Assembly (NCBI GenBank): GCA_028866995.1
Contig: JAGWHD010000001.1
Location: 465,030 to 529,029 of the forward strand
DNA length: 64,000 bases
Source: Candidatus Micrarchaeota archaeon
GTDB lineage: Archaea > Micrarchaeota > Micrarchaeia > Micrarchaeales > CABMGC01
Reading direction: 5' to 3'
Part shown: positions 47,129-55,327 of the stretch, piece by piece
Numbering within the stretch: position 1 is the first letter of the stretch
How the letters are laid out: every line of letters starts with the position of its first letter
Program-made: the position numbers and the translations under genes
Notes under the pieces: generated by a model
The model's input: only the letters and a program-made list of their open reading frames with translations
The model's database searches: none
What the model was told of the DNA's origin: nothing

Positions 47129-47272
47129 CTAACCCTTCGCGTACCTCCCAGGCTCCTTCTCGAAAGCCTGCTTGCACGATGCCGAGCAGAAGAGATATTT
47201 CTTGCCCCTGTACTCGCTCCTGAAGCCGGAGCTCTCCTTGACCTCCATCCCGCATACCGGGTCCTTCATCAT
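47129..47272 (-). CDS. small TRASH/YHS-domain metallochaperone-like protein (CopM-like)
   Basis: MMKDPVCGMEV...KKYLFCSASCKQAF has the same motif as the copA N-domain. The start is placed at MMKD within the longer ORF. Confidence 0.6.
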   Translation of the reverse strand: MMKDPVCGMEVKESSGFRSEYRGKKYLFCSASCKQAFEKEPGRYAKG

Positions 47273-47277
47273 AGCAC

Positions 47278-47544
47278 CTACTTCAGCTTCAGGGCCCAGT
47301 TGTACGAGACTCCTATCACAGCCCCGACAAATGCGCCGAGGACGACGCCAAAAACCACGACCAGCAGACCGTATGCTGGGTATGCACCGTACATCATGCC
47401 CATCCCATAACCGCTCCCGTAGCCCATCATGCCATAGCCGCCGTATCCGAACAGCGCGGCCATCAGCCAGCACAGGAAACCTACGATTGCTCCGGTAATG
47501 GCAGCAGCCTTCACGTTTATCTCCGAAAACGCTTGTTTAGCCAT
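47278..47544 (-). CDS. 88-aa two-helix membrane protein with Met/Gly/Tyr-rich loop
   Basis: The start is at MAKQAF. The loop is GYGGYGMMGYGSGYGMGMMYGAYPAYG. Confidence 0.45.
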   Translation of the reverse strand: MAKQAFSEINVKAAAITGAIVGFLCWLMAALFGYGGYGMMGYGSGYGMGMMYGAYPAYGLLVVVFGVVLGAFVGAVIGVSYNWALKLK

Positions 47545-47558
47545 ATTTCCACCAAACG

Positions 47559-47738
47559 TCATACATTCATGTACATGAACGGGTTGCCATCGAATGCAGC
47601 TTTGCAGTCCTTGCAGCAGAAGTAATACCTGCGCTGTTTGAATGTTGAGGCGAATCTCGTCTCCCTGCTGACAAGCATGCTGCATACAGGGCATACCGCC
47701 CTTGCACCGCCCATGTTCTTATCTCCCGCGTCATGCAT
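47559..47738 (-). CDS. small TRASH-domain protein
   Basis: C-x2-C-x21-C-x3-C (CPVCSM...YYFCCKDCK). The start at M6 avoids overlap with the upstream gene. Confidence 0.55.
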   Translation of the reverse strand: MHDAGDKNMGGARAVCPVCSMLVSRETRFASTFKQRRYYFCCKDCKAAFDGNPFMYMNV

Positions 47739-47746
47739 ATAAGCAC

Positions 47747-48685
47747 CTAGCACGATGTCCCCCCAGCGGCAGGCGCAAGACCGTTCTCCCTGAGGTACTG
47801 CAGCGCACTTGCAGCGCCAGCTGCGCTGGAATAATTGTAGCTCATCGCTATAGACGGATCAACGCTCTTCCACTCTGCCCCATGCATTTCAGAGTATGCG
47901 GCAAGGTACGTGTACTGCTGCGGGAACTGGATACTGTTGAAGTTTTCAAGTGCAGAGAAGATGCTCTGCTCGCTGGCTCCCTGCGACGCCATCAACTCTA
48001 TCAGTCCCAGGGCCGCAGCCCCATGGTTGCAGTCCGGGAAGAAGGTGGGATTGTTGCAGCATGGCCTGTAGCTGTTCTGCGCAGTGTAGTTCGCAACCAG
48101 TTGCTGCGAACCTGACAGGTTCACTATGTTGAGGTTGCCTAGCTGAAGCACGCCGAGCTGGCCGTATCCACCGGTGCTCGCAAAGGCGTAGGGATCACCG
48201 CTGTGCGTTACAGGCCCGTTGTTTATTATCGTATTGTTGTTGTTTATCCCGAGCGCCCAAAGCACAAGCAACGTGAACATGGCATCGCTCCTGTTCATTG
48301 TTATATTGCCCTCATACGTTCCGTTCAATATGCCCTTTTCAACTACGGTAAGGGGATGACCGTTTCCTGAAAGCGTCCTGTTAAGGAAAGACACGTTGAG
48401 GGCGTTGCTCGCAACAAGCCGCTCTATCGACGCGCCCCACCTGGTCTGCAGGACTACGTCTCCTGCAGGCACGGCATCCCTCTCAGCAGCTGTCAGCGTG
48501 CTGTTTTGGGCTGCGCCTGTCCCAACAGCCGTGGTGGACACTGCGGAAGAGTCCGATAAAAGCGGAAAAGATGTGCCAATGATATACGAGACCGCAAATA
48601 CTAGCATGATTCCCAATGCAACTGACACGGCCTTCCATTCCTTCGCCCCAATCTTCTTGCTCGTTCTGTGCGTGACCTTTACCAT
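47747..48685 (-). CDS. hypothetical membrane-anchored extracytoplasmic protein with PCCNNPTFFPDCNHG motif
   Basis: N-terminal TM anchor, many N-x-S/T sequons and a clustered CC-x9-C-x-H motif. No family recognised. Confidence 0.45.
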   Translation of the reverse strand: MVKVTHRTSKKIGAKEWKAVSVALGIMLVFAVSYIIGTSFPLLSDSSAVSTTAVGTGAAQNSTLTAAERDAVPAGDVVLQTRWGASIERLVASNALNVSFLNRTLSGNGHPLTVVEKGILNGTYEGNITMNRSDAMFTLLVLWALGINNNNTIINNGPVTHSGDPYAFASTGGYGQLGVLQLGNLNIVNLSGSQQLVANYTAQNSYRPCCNNPTFFPDCNHGAAALGLIELMASQGASEQSIFSALENFNSIQFPQQYTYLAAYSEMHGAEWKSVDPSIAMSYNYSSAAGAASALQYLRENGLAPAAGGTSC

Positions 48686-48686
48686 A

Positions 48687-49073
48687 TCAGACACCTCCAT
48701 CTGCCCTATACGCCCTTGTCACCACCGCAGTCCCGTCACCATTTATCCTCAGCGTGACAATGTCTCCGTCCGAAAGACACGGTTTCAGCATCATATCGTG
48801 CTCATAGTTGAAATGTATCGTACCGTTAGGCGTGCTTATGCCTGCTGTGCAGTTGTTAAGCTGCGTCTTTGGGTCTATGCCGCATCCCTCGTCAGACAGG
48901 ACGTGAAGGCCCGTCAGTGTCTGCGCCGTCAATCCTGGCTCTACCATAGTCCCGAAAAACACCCTAGGATCGTTGCTGAGGCGCTGTGCAGCTCCGTTAA
49001 GGAATCCCAGATACGACCCCAGCAGCGTCGCTGCTAGGAGAGCCGCGCCTATGTAAATGTGCATCGCCTGCAT
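48687..49073 (-). CDS. hypothetical secreted/anchored protein
   Basis: N-terminal hydrophobic helix and three Cys. An ORF only. Confidence 0.4.
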   Translation of the reverse strand: MQAMHIYIGAALLAATLLGSYLGFLNGAAQRLSNDPRVFFGTMVEPGLTAQTLTGLHVLSDEGCGIDPKTQLNNCTAGISTPNGTIHFNYEHDMMLKPCLSDGDIVTLRINGDGTAVVTRAYRADGGV

Positions 49074-49074
49074 G

Positions 49075-49746
49075 CTAGTCAACAATTATCCTTCCGTACA
49101 TGCCCTTCTGTGCGTGGCCGGTCACCGTGCACACGTAGTACATGCCCTGCTCTGCGACAAAGGAGATACTCTGGCCCGCAAACCCTCCGGAGCTCTCAGG
49201 AGCAAGCATCATGCTCGTTCCGTACGAATGCATCATCATAGGCATAGTGTACTGCGCATAAGGCGGCTGCTGGCCTGTAAGTGTGAGCGAATGGACGGCA
49301 TCTGTGTCTATGTTGATGATCAGGAACGTGACGTTGGCGCCCTTCCTGAACTCAAGGGTAGGATTCGTCATGTTGTCTATCACGAACGAATACATGCTCT
49401 GGTTATCATCCATAGGCCCCATCATGACAACGACCCTGACATCGCTGCCGTTGAACAGCAGCGTGTTGTTGGACGCGATTGCAGCGGACTCCGAAGAGAC
49501 CAACTCGCCCAGCCGGCTCGAGTTCAGCGACGCATAGCTGCTGCCATGGCTGTTCCAATAGTACTGCATCATCCCCTGCACCGACCCGTTTCCGTAATCC
49601 ATCATCCCAGGCACACCGGAATACCTGGAGCCCCGCGAATATTGCGACGAGAACCAGATCGCAAGCACTACAAGGATGAAGGCAAGGGCCGCGACAAGCA
49701 TCGCCCCGGAATTCCCGCCTCTTGCAGAGGGCCTTTTCATGCGCAT
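49075..49746 (-). CDS. membrane-anchored type-1 blue copper protein (sulfocyanin/rusticyanin-like cupredoxin)
   Basis: N-terminal anchor, an upstream His ligand (DTDAVHSLTL), and the C-terminal C-x4-H-x4-M ligand loop (YYVCTVTGHAQKGMYGRIIV). Confidence 0.7.
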   Translation of the reverse strand: MRMKRPSARGGNSGAMLVAALAFILVVLAIWFSSQYSRGSRYSGVPGMMDYGNGSVQGMMQYYWNSHGSSYASLNSSRLGELVSSESAAIASNNTLLFNGSDVRVVVMMGPMDDNQSMYSFVIDNMTNPTLEFRKGANVTFLIINIDTDAVHSLTLTGQQPPYAQYTMPMMMHSYGTSMMLAPESSGGFAGQSISFVAEQGMYYVCTVTGHAQKGMYGRIIVD

Positions 49747-49809
49747 CTATCATGTTGCCAATCCGAGATATTTAAAAAAGGCCCGTCCAATAATTACTCG
49801 GAATAAACC

Positions 49810-50237
49810 ATGATACTGGAACCAAAGCATGCGAGGATCTTCGTATCGAACGCGCTCATCGGCAGCGCCGAGAGCCGCGGCGATGCGGCCAAGAGGGGAC
49901 CGGGCAGGCCTCCGCTGCACGCCGAATGCCTCATACTCGGCATACTTGCGGCGAAATCCGTTTTCGGGCTGGTTACAGGATGACATTAGACCTCTTCTCC
50001 GATGCCGGATGGCCCAACCTTCCTGACTTCAGGACCGTGCAGTGGAGGGCGAAGAAGCTGTCCAACGGCAGGATCTCGATGGACATCGCATGGTGCGACA
50101 GCGCCACCTGCATATTGATAATCGCAACAAGGCCAGACTCCTCCAAGGCGATCAAGGCGCCAAGGAGAGTGCCCCTGCATGAGGCAAGGAAGCTCGTGCG
50201 CGCGCTAGGCTCCGACTATACTGAAATGGCGCTGTGA
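49810..50237 (+). pseudogene. frameshifted, truncated transposase N-terminal fragment (IS5/DUF772-like)
   Basis: My own translation gives ...GRPPLHAECLILGILAAKSVFGL in one frame. It continues as GYRMTLDLFSDAGWPNLPDFRTVQWRAKKL in the next frame (ORF 49926-50237). This resembles the GRP...LSYR...PDFSTL.RR.KKL pattern of IS transposase N-termini. No DDE domain follows. Confidence 0.45.
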
Positions 50238-50297
50238 AGGAAAACCGCTTCCGAAAGCTGCGCTAGGCCAATTAAAAACATTATGGCAAGGGTCTAT

Positions 50298-50489
50298 TCA
50301 GATCTTCTTGACGTTCTTGGCCCTAGGTCCGCGCTCTCCTTCCTCTACTTCGTACTCCACTGCGTCTCCGACGGCAAGTGAAGCTCCTCCTTCTACTGCA
50401 GTCTTGTGCACGTAGACATCCTTTCCATCATCTCCGGTTATGAAACCGAAGCCACGCTCTGCGTTGAACATCTTTACTTTCCCTTTCAT
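50298..50489 (-). CDS. cspA: cold-shock domain protein (CspA family)
   Basis: MKGKVKMFNAERGFGFI (RNP1) and DVYVH (RNP2). Confidence 0.8.
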   Translation of the reverse strand: MKGKVKMFNAERGFGFITGDDGKDVYVHKTAVEGGASLAVGDAVEYEVEEGERGPRAKNVKKI

Positions 50490-50566
50490 TATATGACCTC
50501 TAGTCATAATGCTTGGGAAGCATTACCTTATATACTATTCAGTATCGGGCCGTGAATGCCCAGAAA

Positions 50567-50637
50567 TGGAGGCAAAGGGAATCGAACCCATGCCCTCGCC
50601 GTGTAAAGGCGATGTCCTACCATTAGACTATGCCTCC
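50567..50637 (-). tRNA. tRNA-Val (anticodon TAC), no encoded CCA
   Basis: Hand-folded reverse complement. Acceptor GGAGGCA/TGCCTCC. D arm GTCT-AATGGTA-GGAC. Anticodon arm TCGCC-TTTACAC-GGCGA. T arm ATGGG-TTCGATT-CCCTT with one U-U mismatch. Confidence 0.75.
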
Positions 50638-50654
50638 GTAAGTGAAAGATGTGG

Positions 50655-51551
50655 TCAGACCGTTATAATATAACCGTCTGTAGCCGCGCGGCTGTTCCTG
50701 AAGATTTTCCTTGCCTCTTGCTCCAGCTGGCCCGCGTCGCTGTACCTCGCGCTTATGTGCGTGAGCAGGAGCGCCTTCACCTTCGCCTTCTTCGCAAGGT
50801 TGGCGACCTCGACAGCGGTCGAGTGCTTCCTCTCGACGGCAAGCGCCTTCTCCCTGTCTGCGTACGAAGATTCATGTATCAGCAGCTCCGCGCCCTCCGC
50901 AGCGTTGGCAGTTGCCGCAACGGGCCTGGTGTCAGTCGCATATACTACCTTCTTTCCAGCCCTGGGAACCGTTACGTCCTCTATCCTTACCGACTTCTTG
51001 CCAATGGTTATCTTGCCCCTCTTCTCGAGCTCCGAGTACATGATGCCCTTCATCCCGAGCCTGGTGCATCTATCCTTGAGGAACTTCCTCCTGTCGTGCT
51101 CCTTCAGCACGTATCCAAGTGTGGGTATCGTGTGGTTCAGCCTGAACGAGGACACGCTGAACCATTTTGTCCTGTAGGCCTCGCCAGCGCCTATGCCCTT
51201 CACGGCTATCGGATAGCCGAGCATCGCGCTGTCGAACGACAGCAGCGATTTTATGACGCTCTCATAGCCCTTCGGCACGAATATCATTAGCTCGTTCTTC
51301 CTGCCGTTGAGCGCCATGCTCCTGACAAGCCCGGCAATGCCTATTATGTGGTCGCCGTGCGCATGGCTTATGAATATCGACTTTATCCTCGCCGGGTTGA
51401 CGCCGTACCTCAGCATCTGCATCTGCGTCCCCTCGCCGCAGTCGAACAGCACCACCTCGCCCTCGTATATCACGGCAGCGCTAGGAAGGCCCCTGGACTT
51501 GGTCGGCAGCGAGCCCGATGTCCCCAGCATCACGACCTTGATATCCATCAT
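50655..51551 (-). CDS. rnz: ribonuclease Z
   Basis: LGTSGSLPT, the HxHxDH motif (ISHAHGDH) and a C-terminal LTHIS. Confidence 0.8.
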   Translation of the reverse strand: MMDIKVVMLGTSGSLPTKSRGLPSAAVIYEGEVVLFDCGEGTQMQMLRYGVNPARIKSIFISHAHGDHIIGIAGLVRSMALNGRKNELMIFVPKGYESVIKSLLSFDSAMLGYPIAVKGIGAGEAYRTKWFSVSSFRLNHTIPTLGYVLKEHDRRKFLKDRCTRLGMKGIMYSELEKRGKITIGKKSVRIEDVTVPRAGKKVVYATDTRPVAATANAAEGAELLIHESSYADREKALAVERKHSTAVEVANLAKKAKVKALLLTHISARYSDAGQLEQEARKIFRNSRAATDGYIITV

Positions 51552-52654
51552 CGCACCTCTATTATTACCGTCTTGTTCTTGAGGTCAAGTCCCTTGACAA
51601 TGTCCCCGAACTCGGCCCTCAGCTCCTGCAGCGTCACTCCCTTCCTGCTCCTGAACGAGCCTATGATTGAGTTTATCATGTGCATGTTCTCATATATCTT
51701 CCCTGCAGCTGCGGCGAGCTCCTCCGACTCCTTCATCAGGTTGATGGCAAGCTCCCTCTGCTTGGCTATGTTCACGTCAAGCTCCTCGATGCGCCTCTTC
51801 CTGGGGTCCTCCACAGCGGTCCTCTCCCGCATGTGCAGCTCGTCAAGCATTGCGTCAAGGCTCCCGTACTCCTTGGACTCGAGGGTGTCGTACTTCCTTA
51901 TGTCTGCCAAAGCGTAGTCCACGACCTTGCCGTCCTCGATGTAGGCCCTTGGCCTTGGCTCCTTGATCCTGGCGAAGAGGTCTGCGATGCTGCCCGCTAT
52001 CCTGGCCTCGTCTTCGCGCGACAGCTTCGCCTTCGGGTCCAGCCCCGCCCTCAGTATCGCGTCCTCCATGTACAGCGGCCCGACGTTCACGTACTTCGAG
52101 AGCGCTACTATCATCTTCGAGCCGTCATCGACAGCGAGCGCTGCAACCTCGCGCAGCTTGCCCGCGTCAAGCTCCTCGAATGGATAGCTGCTGCTCTTCG
52201 GGAACCTGTACCTCTCCTTGGGCCTGATGGCCCTGTCCGCGTATTCGAGCCTCTTGTAGCAGAGCTCTATGGTGCCGTTGCCGTCTGCCAGTATCATGTT
52301 CCCCTTGCCGAACATCTCGATTATTATGTCGTGCCTGCTCCCCGCGGCCTCCAATCCTATGATGACTATCCTGTCCGAGCCCTTCTGCGATATGCCAACC
52401 ACCTTCGCATTCTCGATCCTCTTCCTCATGGCCATCGCGAACTGCGTAGCCTCTCCGGCCTCCTCCGCGAACCCTGTCAGGTTCATCACCTCAGCCAGCC
52501 TTATGTACAGCATGTGGTTCTGCGAATCCGAGTAGAAGCCTATCCTGAAGGACCCGTTGCCGAGGTCGTAGAACTTCCTCAGGTAGCCGTTCCCCACTGT
52601 GGCGCTGAGATTGTCCACTACCACCTTTAGCTCTATAGACGAAAGCTCCCGCAT
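51548..52654 (-). CDS. NFACT-N (FbpA/RqcH-like) protein, short form lacking an NFACT-R/DUF814 part
   Basis: L..EL...L.G.YLRKFY, QFAMAMRKRIENAKVVGISQKGSDRIV and IIEMFGKGNMIL match the NFACT-N pattern. The ORF ends after one coiled-coil arm. Confidence 0.6.
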   Translation of the reverse strand: MRELSSIELKVVVDNLSATVGNGYLRKFYDLGNGSFRIGFYSDSQNHMLYIRLAEVMNLTGFAEEAGEATQFAMAMRKRIENAKVVGISQKGSDRIVIIGLEAAGSRHDIIIEMFGKGNMILADGNGTIELCYKRLEYADRAIRPKERYRFPKSSSYPFEELDAGKLREVAALAVDDGSKMIVALSKYVNVGPLYMEDAILRAGLDPKAKLSREDEARIAGSIADLFARIKEPRPRAYIEDGKVVDYALADIRKYDTLESKEYGSLDAMLDELHMRERTAVEDPRKRRIEELDVNIAKQRELAINLMKESEELAAAAGKIYENMHMINSIIGSFRSRKGVTLQELRAEFGDIVKGLDLKNKTVIIEVR

Positions 52655-52665
52655 GAAACCAGCAA

Positions 52666-53469
52666 CTACTTCTTGAGCTTCTTGAGCCCCTGCTCCTTTA
52701 TTATCCTTGAGAAGAAGCTCGTGCGCTCCTTTGCGTTGGTCGCAGTCTCTATCGCGGTCCCTATCTGCACTATGTCGGCGCCGCTAGTCAACGTCTCCTT
52801 CAGCGTCTTCTCGTCCCTTATGCCTCCTGCCACGACGTAAGGCACCGATATCGCGCTCTTTACAGCTCTCACCATCTCAGGGGGCACCGGCCCCTTGCCC
52901 TGCAGCTGCGGGTTCGAGCCCACGTCAGTGACTATTATCCTGTTGCCGAGCAGCTCCCCTGCAAGCGCCAGCGCAGCTGCTATCTTCGGCTTCTCCCTCG
53001 GCACCAGGTTCACGTCGCCTACCCATCCGACAGTCCCTCCTGGAGCCACCACAACGTATCCTACGGGCAGCGGCTCTATCTTCATCTGCCTGATCAGCGG
53101 CGCAGCAAGCATCTGCGCGTGCGTTATCCAGTAGGTGTTCCTCGCGTTAAGCAAGGACATGAAATATACTGCATCCGCGTACTTCGTAAGCGTGGCTATG
53201 TTCCCTGGAAAGAGGACAACAGGCACGCTCACCTTCTTCTTCACCTCCTTTGTAACGTAATCCAGCAGCTCTCCCTGCGCCCCTATGCTGCCCCCCATGA
53301 GTATCAGGTCCGCGCCCCCCTCATCGGCGCCGACAGCGGTCCTTATCGCATCCTCTGTGCTCTTGTAGTCTACGGGGTCTATGAGCGAGAACATCAATGC
53401 GCCTTTCTTCTCAAGCCTCTCGTATATGTACCTCTCTACCTTCCCTATCCTATCCATCTCATCTGCCAT
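52666..53469 (-). CDS. geranylgeranylglyceryl phosphate synthase (PcrB/GGGPS family)
   Basis: FSLIDP, ADLILMGGS and a C-terminal VAGGIRD...IVQIGT; TIM-barrel GGGPS pattern. Confidence 0.75.
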   Translation of the reverse strand: MADEMDRIGKVERYIYERLEKKGALMFSLIDPVDYKSTEDAIRTAVGADEGGADLILMGGSIGAQGELLDYVTKEVKKKVSVPVVLFPGNIATLTKYADAVYFMSLLNARNTYWITHAQMLAAPLIRQMKIEPLPVGYVVVAPGGTVGWVGDVNLVPREKPKIAAALALAGELLGNRIIVTDVGSNPQLQGKGPVPPEMVRAVKSAISVPYVVAGGIRDEKTLKETLTSGADIVQIGTAIETATNAKERTSFFSRIIKEQGLKKLKK

Positions 53470-54451
53470 CTTTCATATTCACGAACATGTTTATTAGCTC
53501 TAGCATGCCCTGCTTCATGCTGACCTTGGGCTCGAAGCCAAGGTCCCTCCTTATCTTGCTTATGTCCATGGTCCTGTTGCTGGTTATGAACCTGAACTCG
53601 TCGCTGTCTATGTCCCTGCTCCTGGCGACGAACCTTGCGACCAGTTCGCTCACGTGCCTTGTGGGCTTCTGGACGTTGAGCAGCTCCGCAGCCATGGCGA
53701 ACAGCTGGCTGAGCGTGTATACGTTGCCGTCGCTGACGTTGTAGATGTTGTTGGCCGCCCTGTCGTTCTCTATTCCCAGTATGAACGCGTTGACGCTGTC
53801 CCTCGCGTGCAGCAGCGCTATGCGGTTCATCCCATCGCCTATTATCGCGGCCTTGCCCTCCTTTATCGCCCTGAAGACCTTGAAGTAAGCCGACTCGAAT
53901 CCCGGGCCGTAGATCGCGGCCATCCTGAATATCGTCGGCGACAGCTCCTTCCTGTGCTCGAGTATCTTCTCCTCCGCGAGCATCTTGCTCAGCCCGTACT
54001 TGTCTGACGGCTTGAGCGGCGACTCCTCGGTCAGCATGTCAGCCCGCTTCCTGCCGTAGACGTCTATCGTGCTCGCGAATATCAGCCTGCCGACGCTGTT
54101 GCCTATGCACGCCTCTACGACGTTCTCAGTGCCTTTCACGTTGACCTCCATCAGCTTCTGCGTGTACTCCTTGTACTCGCTCACTATCGCTGCCAGGTGT
54201 ATTACAATGTCTGCGCCCTCGGACGCCTCCTTCAGCGTCTTCTTGTCGCTTATGTCGCCTATGTACGGCACTATGCCGCTCGGCATGTCCATGAGATAGC
54301 TCTTCTTCTCGGCGAGAGCCCTGACGGTGTACCCGTGCATGAGCAGCTCCTGCACTATCGGCCTTCCCAGCCTGCCGGTAGAGCCTGTTATGAATACCGT
54401 CTTCTTGCCTTTTTTCCTAGCCGCGTCTGCGTTGCTCCTCAAATCAAGCAC
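53459..54451 (-). CDS. NAD-dependent epimerase/dehydratase (SDR)
   Basis: GSTGRLG Rossmann motif and catalytic YGLSK (YxxxK). Confidence 0.75.
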   Translation of the reverse strand: MLDLRSNADAARKKGKKTVFITGSTGRLGRPIVQELLMHGYTVRALAEKKSYLMDMPSGIVPYIGDISDKKTLKEASEGADIVIHLAAIVSEYKEYTQKLMEVNVKGTENVVEACIGNSVGRLIFASTIDVYGRKRADMLTEESPLKPSDKYGLSKMLAEEKILEHRKELSPTIFRMAAIYGPGFESAYFKVFRAIKEGKAAIIGDGMNRIALLHARDSVNAFILGIENDRAANNIYNVSDGNVYTLSQLFAMAAELLNVQKPTRHVSELVARFVARSRDIDSDEFRFITSNRTMDISKIRRDLGFEPKVSMKQGMLELINMFVNMKDGR

Positions 54452-55268
54452 CAGGCCTGTTGTCGTTCAGCAGCCTTCCGGCGAGGAAGCGCGTATATCC
54501 TTCAGGAACGTTGTTCATAGCATATCTTGCCCAGTCCTTCCCGAATGGCACGAAGATGCAGAGCTTCGCGCCCTTCTTAAGGGCCTTCTTGATGCCGCTG
54601 TTGCTGTAACCTAATCTGAATTCAAAGATTAAATTCCTTTCGCTGGAGGTGCTCCTGAGCAGCTGCCAGAAGGCCTTGTCGGGCAGCGACGAAAGGACCG
54701 GGGTCATGTGGCTCCTCCTGCCCTTCGTCACCTCCTTGGCCAGCCTCTCGTAGTAATCCCTTCCCCTGTACTCCTTCTCACGGAATATGATCTTGAATGC
54801 TTTCAGTCCTCTGTACTGCCTCAGGCACCTCTCTGCATTGGAATCCTGGAACGCGACCCCGAAGCCCCTCGCCTCGTCGAACTCGTCGAGGCTGTCGGCG
54901 CCGTCCCTGACCTCGGCCCAGACGAAGACTCCGTGCCTGTTCCCTATCTTCAGCAGCTCCCTGAGGTTGGCATAGGCTATCTCCTTCCCTATCCCCATGC
55001 CTATCTGGTCAAGGGGCACCTGCACGGACGCGTTGAGGCCAAGCCTCGATATCCTCCTTATTATCTCGGCATAGGTCGTCATTACGTACCTCGCCTTGGA
55101 CCTGTCAGTGACGTCGGCGCTCAGGAAGTTTATCGACGCGAGCATGCCGCTCTTGTTGGCCTCCTTGGCCCTGTCCGTCGCAGAATCCATGGTGGTGCCT
55201 GATATGTGCTTCTCAACCAGCCTCTCAAATACTCTCTCTAGAATGGGCTCCTCGGCCAACCTGCTCAC
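54444..55268 (-). CDS. proline dehydrogenase family protein
   Basis: FISGTT..., an internal DQIG segment and the C-terminal VPFGKDWARY..RLL resemble the ProDH beta8-alpha8 barrel signature. Confidence 0.6.
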   Translation of the reverse strand: MSRLAEEPILERVFERLVEKHISGTTMDSATDRAKEANKSGMLASINFLSADVTDRSKARYVMTTYAEIIRRISRLGLNASVQVPLDQIGMGIGKEIAYANLRELLKIGNRHGVFVWAEVRDGADSLDEFDEARGFGVAFQDSNAERCLRQYRGLKAFKIIFREKEYRGRDYYERLAKEVTKGRRSHMTPVLSSLPDKAFWQLLRSTSSERNLIFEFRLGYSNSGIKKALKKGAKLCIFVPFGKDWARYAMNNVPEGYTRFLAGRLLNDNRPGA

Positions 55269-55327
55269 CAGTGCAAAGCTATATTACGTGGGAACGAATT
55301 TAATGCTTGATACTGCAAGGTTGTTTC

